A stretch of 64,000 nucleotides of DNA from an uncultured Bacilli bacterium (GCA_963931305.1 OZ006994.1:741444-805443); one strand, 5' to 3'. Positions 9,266 to 20,070 are shown, counted from the stretch's first letter. The notes: generated from the letters alone by a model not told the origin. Numbers and translations: made by a program.

Positions 9266-10207
9266 TTATAACATATCTTTTTTCTTTAGCCAATATGCGA
9301 TTAATAAAGCTAATCCAAGTGATATAAGAGCTAATATAAAGAAAGAAGCTGGATTAGTCGCAAAATCACCAAGTGGAACATTCATTCCCATAAATGATGC
9401 AATCATCGTTGGAATAGAAAAAACAATCGTAATTCCAGCTAAAAATTTCATGATTACATTTAAATTATTAGAAATAATACTAGCATATGTTTCAGTCGTA
9501 CTAGCCATTATCTCTTTATAAATATTTGCCATTTCAATTGCTTGATTACTTTCTATCATAGCATCTTCTAAAAGATCCATATCTTCTTCATAAAAAGGAA
9601 TAATAGAGCCTTTTGCTAATTTTTCTAGTGTTGCTTGATTATATTTTAATCCTCCCATAAAATATACTAAGCTTTTCTCTATATTTAACATTTCAATTAA
9701 TTCTTGGTTTTTGGTTGCTTTTGCTAATATATGTTCTTGTCTTTGTATATCTTTATTCATTTCATTTAATCCCATTAAATATCCTTGTGAAATGCGTAAT
9801 AACAACTGAATTGTAAATCGTGTTTTCTTTTGTGTAAAGATATCTTGTATATTCCCATTTTCAAAGTCTTCAAATAATTTGTTTTCTTTTAATAATACAG
9901 TAACTATATATTGATTTGTATGAATAATTCCAAGTGGTAGTGTACGATATTTATTTTTACGAGCATGGTCTAATAAATATGGTATATTTAATACAATTAA
10001 TTTAGCTTCACCTTCTACTTCGACACGAGATAATTCGGATTCATCTAACACCTTGGAAATGAGGCGTTGATCAATCCCAGTTTTCTCACATACAAGTTTA
10101 CTTTCTTCTAGTGTTGGTTGTACTAATTGTATCCAACAATCTGGTTCAATTGTATCTAATGAAGATAATATTCCTGTTTCTAACTCCGTTTTATAAATTT
10201 TCATCAT
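9266..10207 (-). CDS. corA: CorA-family magnesium/cobalt transporter
   Basis: It has two C-terminal TM helices with the signature GMN motif (FMGMNVP). Confidence 0.85.
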   Translation of the reverse strand: MMKIYKTELETGILSSLDTIEPDCWIQLVQPTLEESKLVCEKTGIDQRLISKVLDESELSRVEVEGEAKLIVLNIPYLLDHARKNKYRTLPLGIIHTNQYIVTVLLKENKLFEDFENGNIQDIFTQKKTRFTIQLLLRISQGYLMGLNEMNKDIQRQEHILAKATKNQELIEMLNIEKSLVYFMGGLKYNQATLEKLAKGSIIPFYEEDMDLLEDAMIESNQAIEMANIYKEIMASTTETYASIISNNLNVIMKFLAGITIVFSIPTMIASFMGMNVPLGDFATNPASFFILALISLGLALLIAYWLKKKDML

Positions 10208-10231
10208 ATGACATCACCTTACTTTTTATTA

Positions 10232-10687
10232 TTATAACCTACTTTTTTGCTTTTGAAAAGTAACCATATTTATTTTATCTAATAGGAAAGAAAGATTATG
10301 ATATTCCTTTTCGGATACTGTAAATAATGTGTCATATGGGGTATGAATAAAATGGTAATAAGTGCGAAAATATAAGTGTCCTAAAAAATGATACTTTCTT
10401 TTTTCTTGTTCCAATAAATCAATCTCATGATATAAAATGATAATAGATGGTATAAAAATACATAATTTCACACGAAAACCATTTTGATATACAACAATAT
10501 AGTGAAACAATAAATCTAATAAATAATAGATACCACTACTAAATAACATGATACCTATGACACATAATATCAATATATGTGTGTGAAAAAATATAATACC
10601 TAAAAATGATATAAAAATACTAAATAGAAATAATTTCCAACTCCTTTGATATAACGTACCTAATTTTGGACCTAACTTTTGTTTCAT
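10232..10687 (-). CDS. Hypothetical multi-pass membrane protein
   Basis: The likely start is the ATG at 10687, after a GGGGAAATTT sequence. The sequence is hydrophobic and I recognised no motif. The upstream part of the tracked ORF overlaps the preceding gene. Confidence 0.4.
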   Translation of the reverse strand: MKQKLGPKLGTLYQRSWKLFLFSIFISFLGIIFFHTHILILCVIGIMLFSSGIYYLLDLLFHYIVVYQNGFRVKLCIFIPSIIILYHEIDLLEQEKRKYHFLGHLYFRTYYHFIHTPYDTLFTVSEKEYHNLSFLLDKINMVTFQKQKSRL

Positions 10688-10758
10688 AAATTTCCCCTTT
10701 TTATTTGTTATGAGCATATGTTTTAATGTTAAACAAAAAAGATGAGAAAATTCATCTT

Positions 10759-10974
10759 TTAGTATTTTTTTCGATAAACTTTGATACAAATAAATCCAAC
10801 AATTGTAATGAATAAAGATAAAGCCGGCATCATATATTCAGAAAGACGGATTTCTGTTTCTCTTGTTTGTGATAATATAGGTTGTAAAGAAAGCAAAAAT
10901 ATTAAAAACCCACATATCATCATAGCAATTCCTAACCAAAATAAAATTTTATTTAATTGTCTATTATTTCCCAT
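10759..10974 (-). CDS. Small two-TM membrane protein, hypothetical
   Basis: This is a 71-aa ORF with two hydrophobic helices. I have no homology call. Confidence 0.4.
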   Translation of the reverse strand: MGNNRQLNKILFWLGIAMMICGFLIFLLSLQPILSQTRETEIRLSEYMMPALSLFITIVGFICIKVYRKKY

Positions 10975-10992
10975 AATTCACTCCTATCACAA

Positions 10993-11772
10993 TTATTCTT
11001 TCTTTTTTGTCAGAAAAATACCTGCTAACGCATAACGTTTTTGATTTAAAATATATAAATATCCAAAAAAACTAAATACCAATGCTCCAATAAAATTAAC
11101 AATCAGATCATTCATTGTATCATTTAAACCAATGTCTAGATAATGATCTACTTGTGCGATTGGTTCATTGTTTTTATCATAAATAATGGTATAATCAATG
11201 TCATCTATTACCACCACTTGATTTTTTTGTTCAGGATCTAAAGTTACAGTTTTTATAGTTTCAACATATTCATCTTTTTGCATATCCATACCAAAGTAAC
11301 GGTCCATACCATACTCAAAAAATTCCCAAGCTACTCCAATTGTCATGGAAAAGCAAAAAGCAACTAAAGAGACAAAAATAGGAGACAATTTTAATTTATC
11401 TGTATTTTCATTTAATAAATAAATTAAAGAAAAGCCTACACTAGCAGATAGAAATCCATTGATTGTATGTAAAATATCATCAAAATTGTGAAATAACCCA
11501 TAAAAATTATTTATTTCCCCTAGTATTTCTGCAGAAAATATAAAGATGAGGATAATCACTTCTAATGGGGTTGGTAAATCTATTTTAAATGTTTTTTCAA
11601 TGAATACTGGTAATAAAAATAGAATTAATGATAAAACACATAGTAATGCATTTTCAATATTTCCATGCATTAATTCTCTAATCATACATAAAATAACCAG
11701 TAATCTTAGTATAATATATACTGCAAATGATACTCTACTACTCTCTTTATATAATTCTCTTAATTTTTTCAT
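10993..11772 (-). CDS. Integral membrane protein (possibly YjdF/DUF2238-like)
   Basis: It has several TM helices. The family assignment is from memory of similar N-terminal patterns and is uncertain. Confidence 0.5.
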   Translation of the reverse strand: MKKLRELYKESSRVSFAVYIILRLLVILCMIRELMHGNIENALLCVLSLILFLLPVFIEKTFKIDLPTPLEVIILIFIFSAEILGEINNFYGLFHNFDDILHTINGFLSASVGFSLIYLLNENTDKLKLSPIFVSLVAFCFSMTIGVAWEFFEYGMDRYFGMDMQKDEYVETIKTVTLDPEQKNQVVVIDDIDYTIIYDKNNEPIAQVDHYLDIGLNDTMNDLIVNFIGALVFSFFGYLYILNQKRYALAGIFLTKKKE

Positions 11773-11870
11773 TTACAACATAGCCTCACTTACATCTTAT
11801 ATATATACTATACCATATTCCCATACTATTGAAAATAACATAGTGAATTTGTTATAATAAAATACGTAAT

Positions 11871-11947
11871 GTCCTCGTAGCTCAGTAGGATAGAGCAATT
11901 GCCTCCTAAGCAATAGGTCGTTGGTTCGATTCCAATCGAGGACGCCA
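11871..11947 (+). tRNA. tRNA-Arg (anticodon CCU)
   Basis: I folded it by hand. The acceptor stem is GTCCTCG/CGAGGAC, the anticodon stem ATTGC/GCAAT and the anticodon loop CTCCTAA. The T arm is GTTGG-TTCGATT-CCAAT, and CCA is encoded. Confidence 0.9.
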
Positions 11948-11957
11948 TATAGGAATA

Positions 11958-11981
11958 AACAAGGTTGTACCTTGTTTTTTT
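11958..11981. terminator. Bidirectional intrinsic terminator (tRNA-Arg on plus, GH3 gene on minus)
   Basis: An 8-bp stem (AACAAGGT / ACCTTGTT) with a 3-nt loop is followed by a T-run on the plus strand and flanked by an A-run on the other side. Confidence 0.7.
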
Positions 11982-13353
11982 ATAATAAGCCTTTATAGTA
12001 TTTCCAAGCAATCACACGAAATACTGCATGATCAATGATACTTTCATCAATTAAATCTTGTTCTAAAGCACTTTTAATCGATTGAATACTTGTTTCATAA
12101 TCAGTTGTAATAATTAAATCATTACCAGCTAATAATGCTTTAATAACAACATTTGGAATATCAGAAACAGCTTTCATAGCAAGATCATCGGTCATAACAA
12201 TTCCCGTAAATTGTAATTGATCACGTAATAAATTATGGACATTAATAGAAAGAGAAGCGGGATTAGACTCATCCATATTTACAATTACATTATGACTAAT
12301 TAAAACAGCTTCTGCTCCAGACTGAATACCTGCTTCAAATGGTGGTAATGCATCTTTTACTATTTCATCATAACTTCTTTTATCAATTGCCATTCCAGTA
12401 TGTGTGTCGACATTATTACCATATCCAGGGAAATGTTTTAATGTATACGAAACACTTGTTTCTTTACTAGCAGAAATCACCGTTTCAGCATATCTAGATG
12501 TAAGTGATGCATCCTCTCCTAATGTTCTTTCATACATATAATCTTCTGGATTTGTAGAAACATCGACAACAGGCGCTAAATTAAGATTTATACCATAATT
12601 CATTAATAATTGACTTTTTTCTAATGTATCTTTTTCTATCATAGCAAATCCCCCAGCTTGATATAATTCTTGTGGAGATTGAAACTTATGAGAAGCTAAA
12701 TTAGGATTACTACTAATTCTAACTACAGTACCACCCTCTTCATCTACTGCCGTTAAAATAGGAATCTTAGAAACACTTTGTAACTGTGATATCATCTCTT
12801 TTACCTGGTCTTGTGTCTTATCTTTAAAATCTCTTCCAAATAGTACATAACCACCAAATTGGTATTGTTCTAATATAGATACTGCATTTTCTGAAGGATA
12901 ACGAACAAGTAACAATTGGGCAATTTTCTCATCTAATGTCATTTGTTGCATGGTCTGATATGCTTCTTCATAATATGATTGAAATATTCCATTATCTTGC
13001 CATAACATTGGAACGATACTTTCATTTTCTTCCTTCTTTTCTTCTTCTGGCATCATTTTCTTGTAGTTCAAAACAGTATATATTTTCTTTTGCTTTTCTG
13101 TTTGATAATGAGTATTATATTTGATATTTAATTGATCTCCTACTTGAATATCATAACTATCTTTCATATCAAAATAATATTGTTTATGATTTTGATCTTT
13201 TACTATAAAGAAATCTTCCCCTATATATGTAACAGTTGCTGTCATAGTTATCTCTTTATATTTCTCACCATTTTTTTCGATGAATTTCCATACCGCAAAG
13301 CCAACTGCAAAACAAATCAACAAAATTAATACACTCAATATAAACTTTTTCAT
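11980..13353 (-). CDS. Membrane-anchored glycoside hydrolase family 3 N-terminal-domain protein (beta-N-acetylhexosaminidase/NagZ-like)
   Basis: The likely start is the ATG at 13353, preceded by an AGGTGA SD. It has a TM anchor and the GH3 blocks ILTAVDEEGG, KHFPGYG and MTDDLAM. Confidence 0.8.
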   Translation of the reverse strand: MKKFILSVLILLICFAVGFAVWKFIEKNGEKYKEITMTATVTYIGEDFFIVKDQNHKQYYFDMKDSYDIQVGDQLNIKYNTHYQTEKQKKIYTVLNYKKMMPEEEKKEENESIVPMLWQDNGIFQSYYEEAYQTMQQMTLDEKIAQLLLVRYPSENAVSILEQYQFGGYVLFGRDFKDKTQDQVKEMISQLQSVSKIPILTAVDEEGGTVVRISSNPNLASHKFQSPQELYQAGGFAMIEKDTLEKSQLLMNYGINLNLAPVVDVSTNPEDYMYERTLGEDASLTSRYAETVISASKETSVSYTLKHFPGYGNNVDTHTGMAIDKRSYDEIVKDALPPFEAGIQSGAEAVLISHNVIVNMDESNPASLSINVHNLLRDQLQFTGIVMTDDLAMKAVSDIPNVVIKALLAGNDLIITTDYETSIQSIKSALEQDLIDESIIDHAVFRVIAWKYYKGLL

Positions 13354-13422
13354 TTTCTCACCTATTCTCACTCTAATATTATTAGACCAGATAAAAAAAG
13401 AGTATCACTACTCTTATTATAA

Positions 13423-13929
13423 CTATTTTAGAAAATTAAATAATAAAATAATATAAAAATTGGTTAAATAACTAAATTTATATTGAAAAGATTTACTAAA
13501 TTCATAGATTGCGACAGTCTTATCAATAAAGTTTACAATCCAACTTTCTAAATATTTAGGTACTAGTGTATTACTTGGAAACATATGACACTTAATAATA
13601 TCTTCTTCTAAAGGACTAATTTCAAAATATGTTTTTGCATTTTCACAAGCCTCTCTTGGATGTTTCATAAATTGATATAGTTTTCCTTTCTTCGAAGTAT
13701 CCGTTGTATTTTCAAAAAAATCGTGTAATAAACCAGCCCTAGCTGTTTCTTTATAACGTAATCCTAAACGACGAGCTACCTTATAAGAATAATAAGATAC
13801 TCTTAAAGAATGTTCTAATCGAGTAATTCCACCATGTTGGGCAATTTCTCCTATTTTTCCAAACTCGTCATGATTTAATATATCTTCTATCAAATGATAG
13901 TATTCATAATCAGCTTTATATTTCACCAT
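13423..13929 (-). CDS. HD-domain phosphohydrolase
   Basis: It has the H...HD signature (EHSLRVS ... LLHDFF). Confidence 0.75.
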   Translation of the reverse strand: MVKYKADYEYYHLIEDILNHDEFGKIGEIAQHGGITRLEHSLRVSYYSYKVARRLGLRYKETARAGLLHDFFENTTDTSKKGKLYQFMKHPREACENAKTYFEISPLEEDIIKCHMFPSNTLVPKYLESWIVNFIDKTVAIYEFSKSFQYKFSYLTNFYIILLFNFLK

Positions 13930-14090
13930 ACATAAGTCCCTTCTATGAGTGCTACTATTACATTATATCACAATTTTAAAAATACAATCATAATATTTTA
14001 CTATTTTTCCTATTATTTTACACCACACCCAAGTAAGGCCTTATTTTACAACAAAAAAAGAAACTTTGCAAATAAAAATGTCAAGTCATT

Positions 14091-14276
14091 TTAAGCAAAG
14101 TTTTCTTTTTTCTTTTGTTCTTCTTCTAATAAAATTTGAATTGCATACTCACGATAAATTTGGCTATCCTCTTCTTTTCCTTCCTTTTTCGCTTTACGAT
14201 ACAAATATGTATATATCATTAATTGTTCATTTTTAGAAAATGTATCATAATTTTTATGATTTGGAAGTGGTTTCAT
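14091..14276 (-). CDS. Small hypothetical protein, translationally coupled to the upstream gene
   Basis: The 61-aa ORF starts in an ATGA overlap with the stop of the DUF3048 gene. I recognised no motif. Confidence 0.4.
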   Translation of the reverse strand: MKPLPNHKNYDTFSKNEQLMIYTYLYRKAKKEGKEEDSQIYREYAIQILLEEEQKKKENFA

Positions 14277-15319
14277 TCAGTAATCGTTGAAGTTTCGCCA
14301 ATCGGTTGTATTTGAACGTAAGTATTACCATCGTTTAATTTTACTGTAGAACCATCTAAATATGTATAACTTGTTTTCGCTGAACGACTACTCTTTGACC
14401 ATTTAATTGGTACTGCATACCCATTTGTAATATAGTATCCATCCCCACTAGATACATCATCTATATCTTGTCTACCGTGATTATCAATACTGTGATTACT
14501 CATTTTTTGAATCACTATATTTTTTGTATAGTATTGTTCATGTGTCACTTTATCTATATGTGCTTGGTTATCCATACTTCTTAAATATACCCCACGATTC
14601 GCATCATAAGTATATCCTGTCGTATGGTAGTGAGAATAGCGAAGACTAATAGTATTTGCTATCATAGCCCCTTCTTTTTGTTCTAAAGAAATTGGATCTA
14701 CACTATACTCAAAGTTTTTAAAATCATCACTTGTAGTACGATATTCCTTACTCTCTGCTGCTTCTTTTAAATTTTCAATACTCGTAAATACATTATGAGG
14801 AGCAGCAACACTACGGTCACGCCAATAAGCACTTTGTGCATTGGTAATCCCATTCAAATTATTTACACCTAATAAACTAATATCATTCTTAGCAAAATTA
14901 CTCCAACCATAATGACCATATACCGCATCATTTTCTAATGCATAATCTAAAAAATAATGTCTAGCACTTCGTACTGGTCCAATCAGTTCTGTATCTTGGT
15001 CTTTAAAAATAGCCATCATTCTAGTTAGACCACCCTCAACAATAATCTCATAAGTCAAATAAGCATCTTGTAATCCTGCATGAGCAGTATATCCAACATT
15101 ATTATCAATCATAACTGCATATGGTCTTTCATCACTATCTAAATCCAATATTTTTAATGTTTTTTTAGGTTTCGTAATCTTTTCTGCAACTTTCTTTAAT
15201 GGTGTCTCTTTCGGTGATATTAAAAAATATGCTCCAATTGCAACCCCTAATACAAGTATTAACCCAAAAATGATAAATCCTCTATTTTTTTTCTTACTTT
15301 TTCTTTTTCTTCTTTGCAT
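14273..15319 (-). CDS. DUF3048-family (YerB-like) exported protein
   Basis: The likely start is the ATG at 15319, preceded by an AGGAG SD. It has a basic N-terminus plus TM segment. The block RPYAVMIDNN...GLQDAYLTYEIIVEGGLTRMMAIF is typical of DUF3048. Confidence 0.7.
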   Translation of the reverse strand: MQRRKRKSKKKNRGFIIFGLILVLGVAIGAYFLISPKETPLKKVAEKITKPKKTLKILDLDSDERPYAVMIDNNVGYTAHAGLQDAYLTYEIIVEGGLTRMMAIFKDQDTELIGPVRSARHYFLDYALENDAVYGHYGWSNFAKNDISLLGVNNLNGITNAQSAYWRDRSVAAPHNVFTSIENLKEAAESKEYRTTSDDFKNFEYSVDPISLEQKEGAMIANTISLRYSHYHTTGYTYDANRGVYLRSMDNQAHIDKVTHEQYYTKNIVIQKMSNHSIDNHGRQDIDDVSSGDGYYITNGYAVPIKWSKSSRSAKTSYTYLDGSTVKLNDGNTYVQIQPIGETSTITE

Positions 15320-15415
15320 AGTTACATCTCCTAAAATTATTGTAACATAAAAGTTGGAAACCAGAATTTCCAACCTTTCCTTTTTTACATATCATTGTCA
15401 AGAAGATGTTAAGAA

Positions 15416-18400
15416 TTATTGAAATAGTTTTAATAGTTCATCACTTGATAATTTTGATAATACCATTTCACTACGTTGTTCTCCTTCAATCATCATATCG
15501 CTTAACTCTTTTTTCTTTTCTTGTAGTGCTACAATCTTTTCTTCAATAGTACCAATACTAATTAATTTAATCACTTCTACTGTTTTCGTTTGGCCAATAC
15601 GATGCGTTCGATCCGTTGCTTGATTTTCAACTTGGGGATTCCACCATGGATCTAGATGAATCACTTCATCAGCACTTGTTAAATTTAAACCTGTTCCTCC
15701 TGCTTTTAATGAAATCAGAAAAATATTTGTATGATCAGAATTAAACTTTTTCACCAATTGCATTCTCTCTTCTGATTTTGTAGAACCATCTAAATATAAA
15801 TAAGTAATACCATGCTCTTCTAATCGTGGTATTAAATTTTTTAAAACTGATGGAAATTGTGAAAACAATAATATTTTATGATGATTTTGAATCATTTCAT
15901 CTAATATTTGTAATAACGTATCAAATTTACTACTACCTTCGTGATAATCATCATATATCAAACTTGGATCAATACAAATTTGTCGTAATCGCGTTAACAA
16001 AGATAAAATATAAAATTGATTTTCTGAAACCGCATTTTTTTCTTTTAATTTATCTATTTCTTCTTTTGCCTTATTTAACTCAGATACATATAATGCTTTT
16101 TGTGCTTCATTTAATTCAACATATACTTTGTTTTCTAATTTTTCCGGTAAATCCTTTAATACATCATGTTTTTTTCTTCTTAAAATAAATGGGTCAATTT
16201 GTTTTTTTAGTTCTAAATAACTTTCTTTATCTTCTTCTAATGTACCATATTGTTCTTTAAATGTTGTAAAACTTCCTAAATACCCAGGCATAATAAAATC
16301 CATAATACTCCATAATTCATAGATAGAATTTTCTAATGGTGTCCCTGTTAAAGCAAATTTAACACGTGCTTTTACTTGTTTTGTAGCAATCGCTGTATCT
16401 GACCTAGGATTTTTTATATTCTGTGCCTCATCTAAAAACATCGTATCAAAATAATACTCTGTATATTCATCTATATCTTGACGTAACAATCCATAAGAAG
16501 TAATCAATACTTGTGCTTTTTCTATTTGTTTTATTTTTTCTAATCGTTTTACTTTGGTATCATTTACAATAACAATATCAATCTCTTTTCCAAATTTCTG
16601 AAACTCATCTTCCCAATTATACAAAAGAGATGTTGGTACAACAATTAATATTTTCGCATCTTTCTTTTCTTTTAAACGATGTTTAATATAAGTAATTGTC
16701 TGAATACTCTTTCCTAATCCCATCTCATCTGCTAAAATACCACCAAATTCACATTTAGAAATCATATATAACCATTGCACACCAATTTTTTGATATCCTC
16801 TTAATACATTTTCTTCTTCCTTAGTAAATTGTAATGGATAATTTTTATATGCTTCAAAATTATGAATTAAATCATAAATATTTTGATCAATTTGATAATA
16901 TTCTGAACTTTCTAAATCACTTAACTTTAAACTTTGATACTTAGGAATTATAATTTGATCTTGATCCATCATATTAGAATCTATTGACAATTTCTTTTGT
17001 ATTCCTAAAATAGTATCTAATCCTTCATTATTTTCAAGTGCTAAATAATCTCCAGATTTCATACGATAAAATTTCTTTTTTTGTTTTACATTCTTTAATA
17101 ATTCTTTTATCTCATCTTTTTCTACTCCATCAATAGAAAACTGATAACTCATAATTCCATCAGAACCAATTTGAAATGTATTTTTGACAGCAGTCTTTTT
17201 AAATATCTGCACTTTTTTTAAATTATTTGAAACATAAGTATCATACTTCTCTACTATTTCTTTTAAACCATGTTTTAAAAAATCACATGCTTGTTCTGGA
17301 TCTTTGATTGTAAATATCCCCTTGCGATAAGAAGGCTCAAATCCATATCGTTCCAATTCTTCTATATACTCTTGTTCCTTTTCTGGATCACGAATCACAT
17401 ACATATCACCAATATAATTTCTTGGACTTAAAACATTAATCTCTTCATTCCCATATTGTAGTTTAATAAAAGAAACAATATCTGCACCTTTCTTTTCAAA
17501 ATAGAATTTACTATGTGGTAATTGAAATAGAAAATGATTAGAAAGTTTTTCTTTTAAGTGAGAATTTAATTCATTTAATGTAATACAAAGTTCATTGGCA
17601 AAATTTTTATAATACTCTTTTGTAATCGTTATTTTATCACGTTTATTTTCTATCATTGTTTTCAAAAACAAAGCAGCTTTAGAAGAAATATGAAAGAATT
17701 GTCTCTCATAAATGATATAAGTATAATCAGAAATAACTGGTTCTATTTCTAAATCTGGAAATTGAATTGTAAAACTCAATTTTTGTTCTGTAACATCCAT
17801 AGGAATATGGATTGTATCTAATTCTTTTACTTTTGGTAATATTTGTGTCATTGTCTCTAGTGAAAAAGATTTTCCCTTTAATAATTTTAAAAACTCTAAC
17901 AAAGTATCATCTTTTAAAATAATATTCGGTGATGTCTGATAATAAGAATAAATACCTCCACGTTCTTTCATTTCAATATATAATTTAATAAAGTGTAATA
18001 TCTTTTCATCCTGTTTATGAAATTGATATTTCTCTGTATCATATGTAAAATATTTTCCTAAAGAAATCTCATAATTTGGTTTGTGATAATTCAAAAGAAA
18101 TGGAATTAACACCTTTTTTAAAGAATACATTTTATCTAATCCGATTTTTAAATTTGCTTCATAAGTAATTGGATTACTATCTATCTCTTTTAATTCAACA
18201 TCTAATAAAATATTTCTTTTTTTCTTGTTTGGTTGAAACGTTTGAAAAAGTATTTCTTGAAAGTGATCAATTTCTTTTGGAAATTCTAATTCATCAAAAT
18301 ACATAAAAACATCTTTAAGTGCTAAAGCAATATGACCACAGTGCTCTTTATGACAAGTACATGCTTTAAAGCGAATAAATTTTTCTTTAGAAACCACAAC

Positions 18401-18562
18401 TTGAATTGTTTCTTTTTCATAGGTATATGTAATTTTTAATTCTGCATTTTCTAATGGTTCTATCTTTTGTTTCTTCAAATGCATATGATTTAAAGAAAGC
18501 GATGCAATATAACTATCCATCCCTACTAACTTTGTAATCTCCTCTACACGTACTACTCTCAT
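15416..18562 (-). CDS. SNF2-family helicase/ATPase with N-terminal SWIM zinc finger (YwqA/RapA-like)
   Basis: The likely start is the ATG at 18562, preceded by a GGAGGTG SD. The SWIM motif is CTCHKEHCGHIA. The helicase motifs are ILADEMGLGKS, DEAQNIKN, TGTPLEN and the C-terminal QATDRTHRIGQ. Confidence 0.85.
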   Translation of the reverse strand: MRVVRVEEITKLVGMDSYIASLSLNHMHLKKQKIEPLENAELKITYTYEKETIQVVVSKEKFIRFKACTCHKEHCGHIALALKDVFMYFDELEFPKEIDHFQEILFQTFQPNKKKRNILLDVELKEIDSNPITYEANLKIGLDKMYSLKKVLIPFLLNYHKPNYEISLGKYFTYDTEKYQFHKQDEKILHFIKLYIEMKERGGIYSYYQTSPNIILKDDTLLEFLKLLKGKSFSLETMTQILPKVKELDTIHIPMDVTEQKLSFTIQFPDLEIEPVISDYTYIIYERQFFHISSKAALFLKTMIENKRDKITITKEYYKNFANELCITLNELNSHLKEKLSNHFLFQLPHSKFYFEKKGADIVSFIKLQYGNEEINVLSPRNYIGDMYVIRDPEKEQEYIEELERYGFEPSYRKGIFTIKDPEQACDFLKHGLKEIVEKYDTYVSNNLKKVQIFKKTAVKNTFQIGSDGIMSYQFSIDGVEKDEIKELLKNVKQKKKFYRMKSGDYLALENNEGLDTILGIQKKLSIDSNMMDQDQIIIPKYQSLKLSDLESSEYYQIDQNIYDLIHNFEAYKNYPLQFTKEEENVLRGYQKIGVQWLYMISKCEFGGILADEMGLGKSIQTITYIKHRLKEKKDAKILIVVPTSLLYNWEDEFQKFGKEIDIVIVNDTKVKRLEKIKQIEKAQVLITSYGLLRQDIDEYTEYYFDTMFLDEAQNIKNPRSDTAIATKQVKARVKFALTGTPLENSIYELWSIMDFIMPGYLGSFTTFKEQYGTLEEDKESYLELKKQIDPFILRRKKHDVLKDLPEKLENKVYVELNEAQKALYVSELNKAKEEIDKLKEKNAVSENQFYILSLLTRLRQICIDPSLIYDDYHEGSSKFDTLLQILDEMIQNHHKILLFSQFPSVLKNLIPRLEEHGITYLYLDGSTKSEERMQLVKKFNSDHTNIFLISLKAGGTGLNLTSADEVIHLDPWWNPQVENQATDRTHRIGQTKTVEVIKLISIGTIEEKIVALQEKKKELSDMMIEGEQRSEMVLSKLSSDELLKLFQ

Positions 18563-18609
18563 AAATAACACCTCCATTCTTAAGTATACCATATAAATAT
18601 ATTATTTTA

Positions 18610-18647
18610 ACAAAAAAAGATGTTGATTTGTTTCCCTCAACATCTTT
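18610..18647 (-). terminator. Intrinsic terminator, probably the original terminator of the 20158-21624 gene and now separated from it by the IS element
   Basis: An 11-bp stem (AAAGATGTTGA / TCAACATCTTT) is followed by a T-run on the minus strand. Confidence 0.7.
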
Positions 18648-18661
18648 TGTTTGTTCTTTAT

Positions 18662-18670
18662 CCGATTATA
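18662..18670. repeat. Left copy of the 9-bp target-site duplication CCGATTATA
   Basis: An identical 9-mer directly abuts both inverted repeats of the IS (the other copy is at 20162-20170). Confidence 0.8.
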
Positions 18671-18805
18671 CTTATAACCGGACAGTTTTTGAAATGATAT
18701 TAAAATGACCCAGATGTTATCCTGAGTCATTTCACTCTTCAACTTGATATAAACAACCTTTTTTGTTATTCTTATTATAATCACAAAATAGAATAGAGGT
18801 TGTTT

Positions 18806-19975
18806 ATGTTTAAAGTATATAATACTCAAAATGATATTGCAAGTAGTTTGCAAAATTTTTTATTAAATGTTGATCCGAATATTAGAAAAACTCAACTTAA
18901 TATTATCCCTTTTATTTCTTTAGGTATGATTTTATCTGAATCTTCTGTCGCTAGTGATATCGCCAAATCTTTGAAAGATGAATTCTCTCTCGTTCAACAT
19001 GATTCTGTAATTCGTAGAATTAAAAGATTATTTAAAAATAAATTCTTTGATCCTTATCATTTTTATGACTTAGTGATTCGCTATGTTATTTCTAACTATA
19101 AACCGAAACATAATGACCGTCGTATTCATATTTCTTTTGATCATATGTTTTCTCACGACAATTATACTGTCTTTATGATCTCTATGAGAATCGGTAAACA
19201 AGGTATTCCTTTATGGTTTCGTTGTTTTAATAATAAATATCATTCCGATGCTTTCAACGAATCTCTCTTAAAAGAAGGTATCTCTTATGTCTCTTCCTTA
19301 TTTGATCCTTCTTTCCATCTTATTTTTCTTGCCGATCGTTGGTTTAATTCCACTTCTCTCTTACAGCATATTGATTCTTTAGGGCATATTTATTGTATTA
19401 GATTAAAAAGAAATATAAAAATTTTAGTTTATGACAAAAAGGAACAACACAAAGTCTGGAAATTTTTAAATGATATCATTCCTTATAAATATCATTCCAC
19501 TTCTTTTCATGACATCATCCTTACTGATTATCTATTTAAAACCAATATTGTCATCAGTAAATCTGATGGAGTATCTGATCCTTGGATCATTGTTACAAAT
19601 GGTTCTACTAAAAGAGCTATCAAAGATTATGGTTACCGTTTTGGTTCTATCGAATCTCTTTTTAAAAATCAAAAATCTAATTGTTTTTACATTGAATCTG
19701 TTATTAAAGCTGATTTAGACTATTTTACTTCTATGTATACTCTTGTTTGTTTTTCTACTCTCTTTTTAACCATATTAGGAGCTGATTATTCTAAAAACAA
19801 ATGTTGTTACAAAAATATTAAAATTACTACTCATAAATATTTTATTAAAAATGGTACCAGAGTTAAGAAAAGAGTTATGTCTTTATTTAATACTGGTCTT
19901 ACTTTATTTCATCTTGCCTTTCAATCCTCCCGTTATATTAGAATTCCTTTTTCTTTTACTCTTTATGATATTTAA
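18806..19975 (+). CDS. DDE transposase (DDE_Tnp_1 / IS4-like)
   Basis: The ATG at 18806 follows an AGAGG SD. Candidate DDE residues lie in ISFDHM, LADRWF and GYRFGSIESLFKNQK (a YREK-like block). Confidence 0.75.
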   Translation: MFKVYNTQNDIASSLQNFLLNVDPNIRKTQLNIIPFISLGMILSESSVASDIAKSLKDEFSLVQHDSVIRRIKRLFKNKFFDPYHFYDLVIRYVISNYKPKHNDRRIHISFDHMFSHDNYTVFMISMRIGKQGIPLWFRCFNNKYHSDAFNESLLKEGISYVSSLFDPSFHLIFLADRWFNSTSLLQHIDSLGHIYCIRLKRNIKILVYDKKEQHKVWKFLNDIIPYKYHSTSFHDIILTDYLFKTNIVISKSDGVSDPWIIVTNGSTKRAIKDYGYRFGSIESLFKNQKSNCFYIESVIKADLDYFTSMYTLVCFSTLFLTILGADYSKNKCCYKNIKITTHKYFIKNGTRVKKRVMSLFNTGLTLFHLAFQSSRYIRIPFSFTLYDI

Positions 19976-20031
19976 ACTATTTTAAAATTCATAATGGTTT
20001 AAATCTTTTTTGTCGTGTTCATATTTCCAAA

Positions 20032-20070
20032 AAAAGTACAGTTTTTTCCTTTTTACTGTACTTTTTTTCT
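20032..20070 (+). terminator. Intrinsic terminator inside the IS, downstream of the transposase
   Basis: The stem AAAAGTACAG / CTGTACTTTT is followed by a T-run. Confidence 0.6.

Noticed and set aside
11826-12011. A 61-aa minus-strand ORF.
   Set aside because: It lies directly over tRNA-Arg(CCU) and its terminator. The tRNA fold is unambiguous.
15416-18562. The SNF2 helicase as part of a defence island (DISARM or BREX-like).
   Set aside because: No methyltransferase, phospholipase D, PglZ or other partner gene is adjacent. The SWIM plus SNF2 architecture matches the housekeeping YwqA/RapA class.
18602-18853. An 83-aa minus-strand ORF spanning the SNF2-gene terminator and the left end of the IS.
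   Set aside because: It crosses the IS boundary, the inverted repeat and a terminator hairpin. It is antisense to the transposase start and has no ribosome-binding site.
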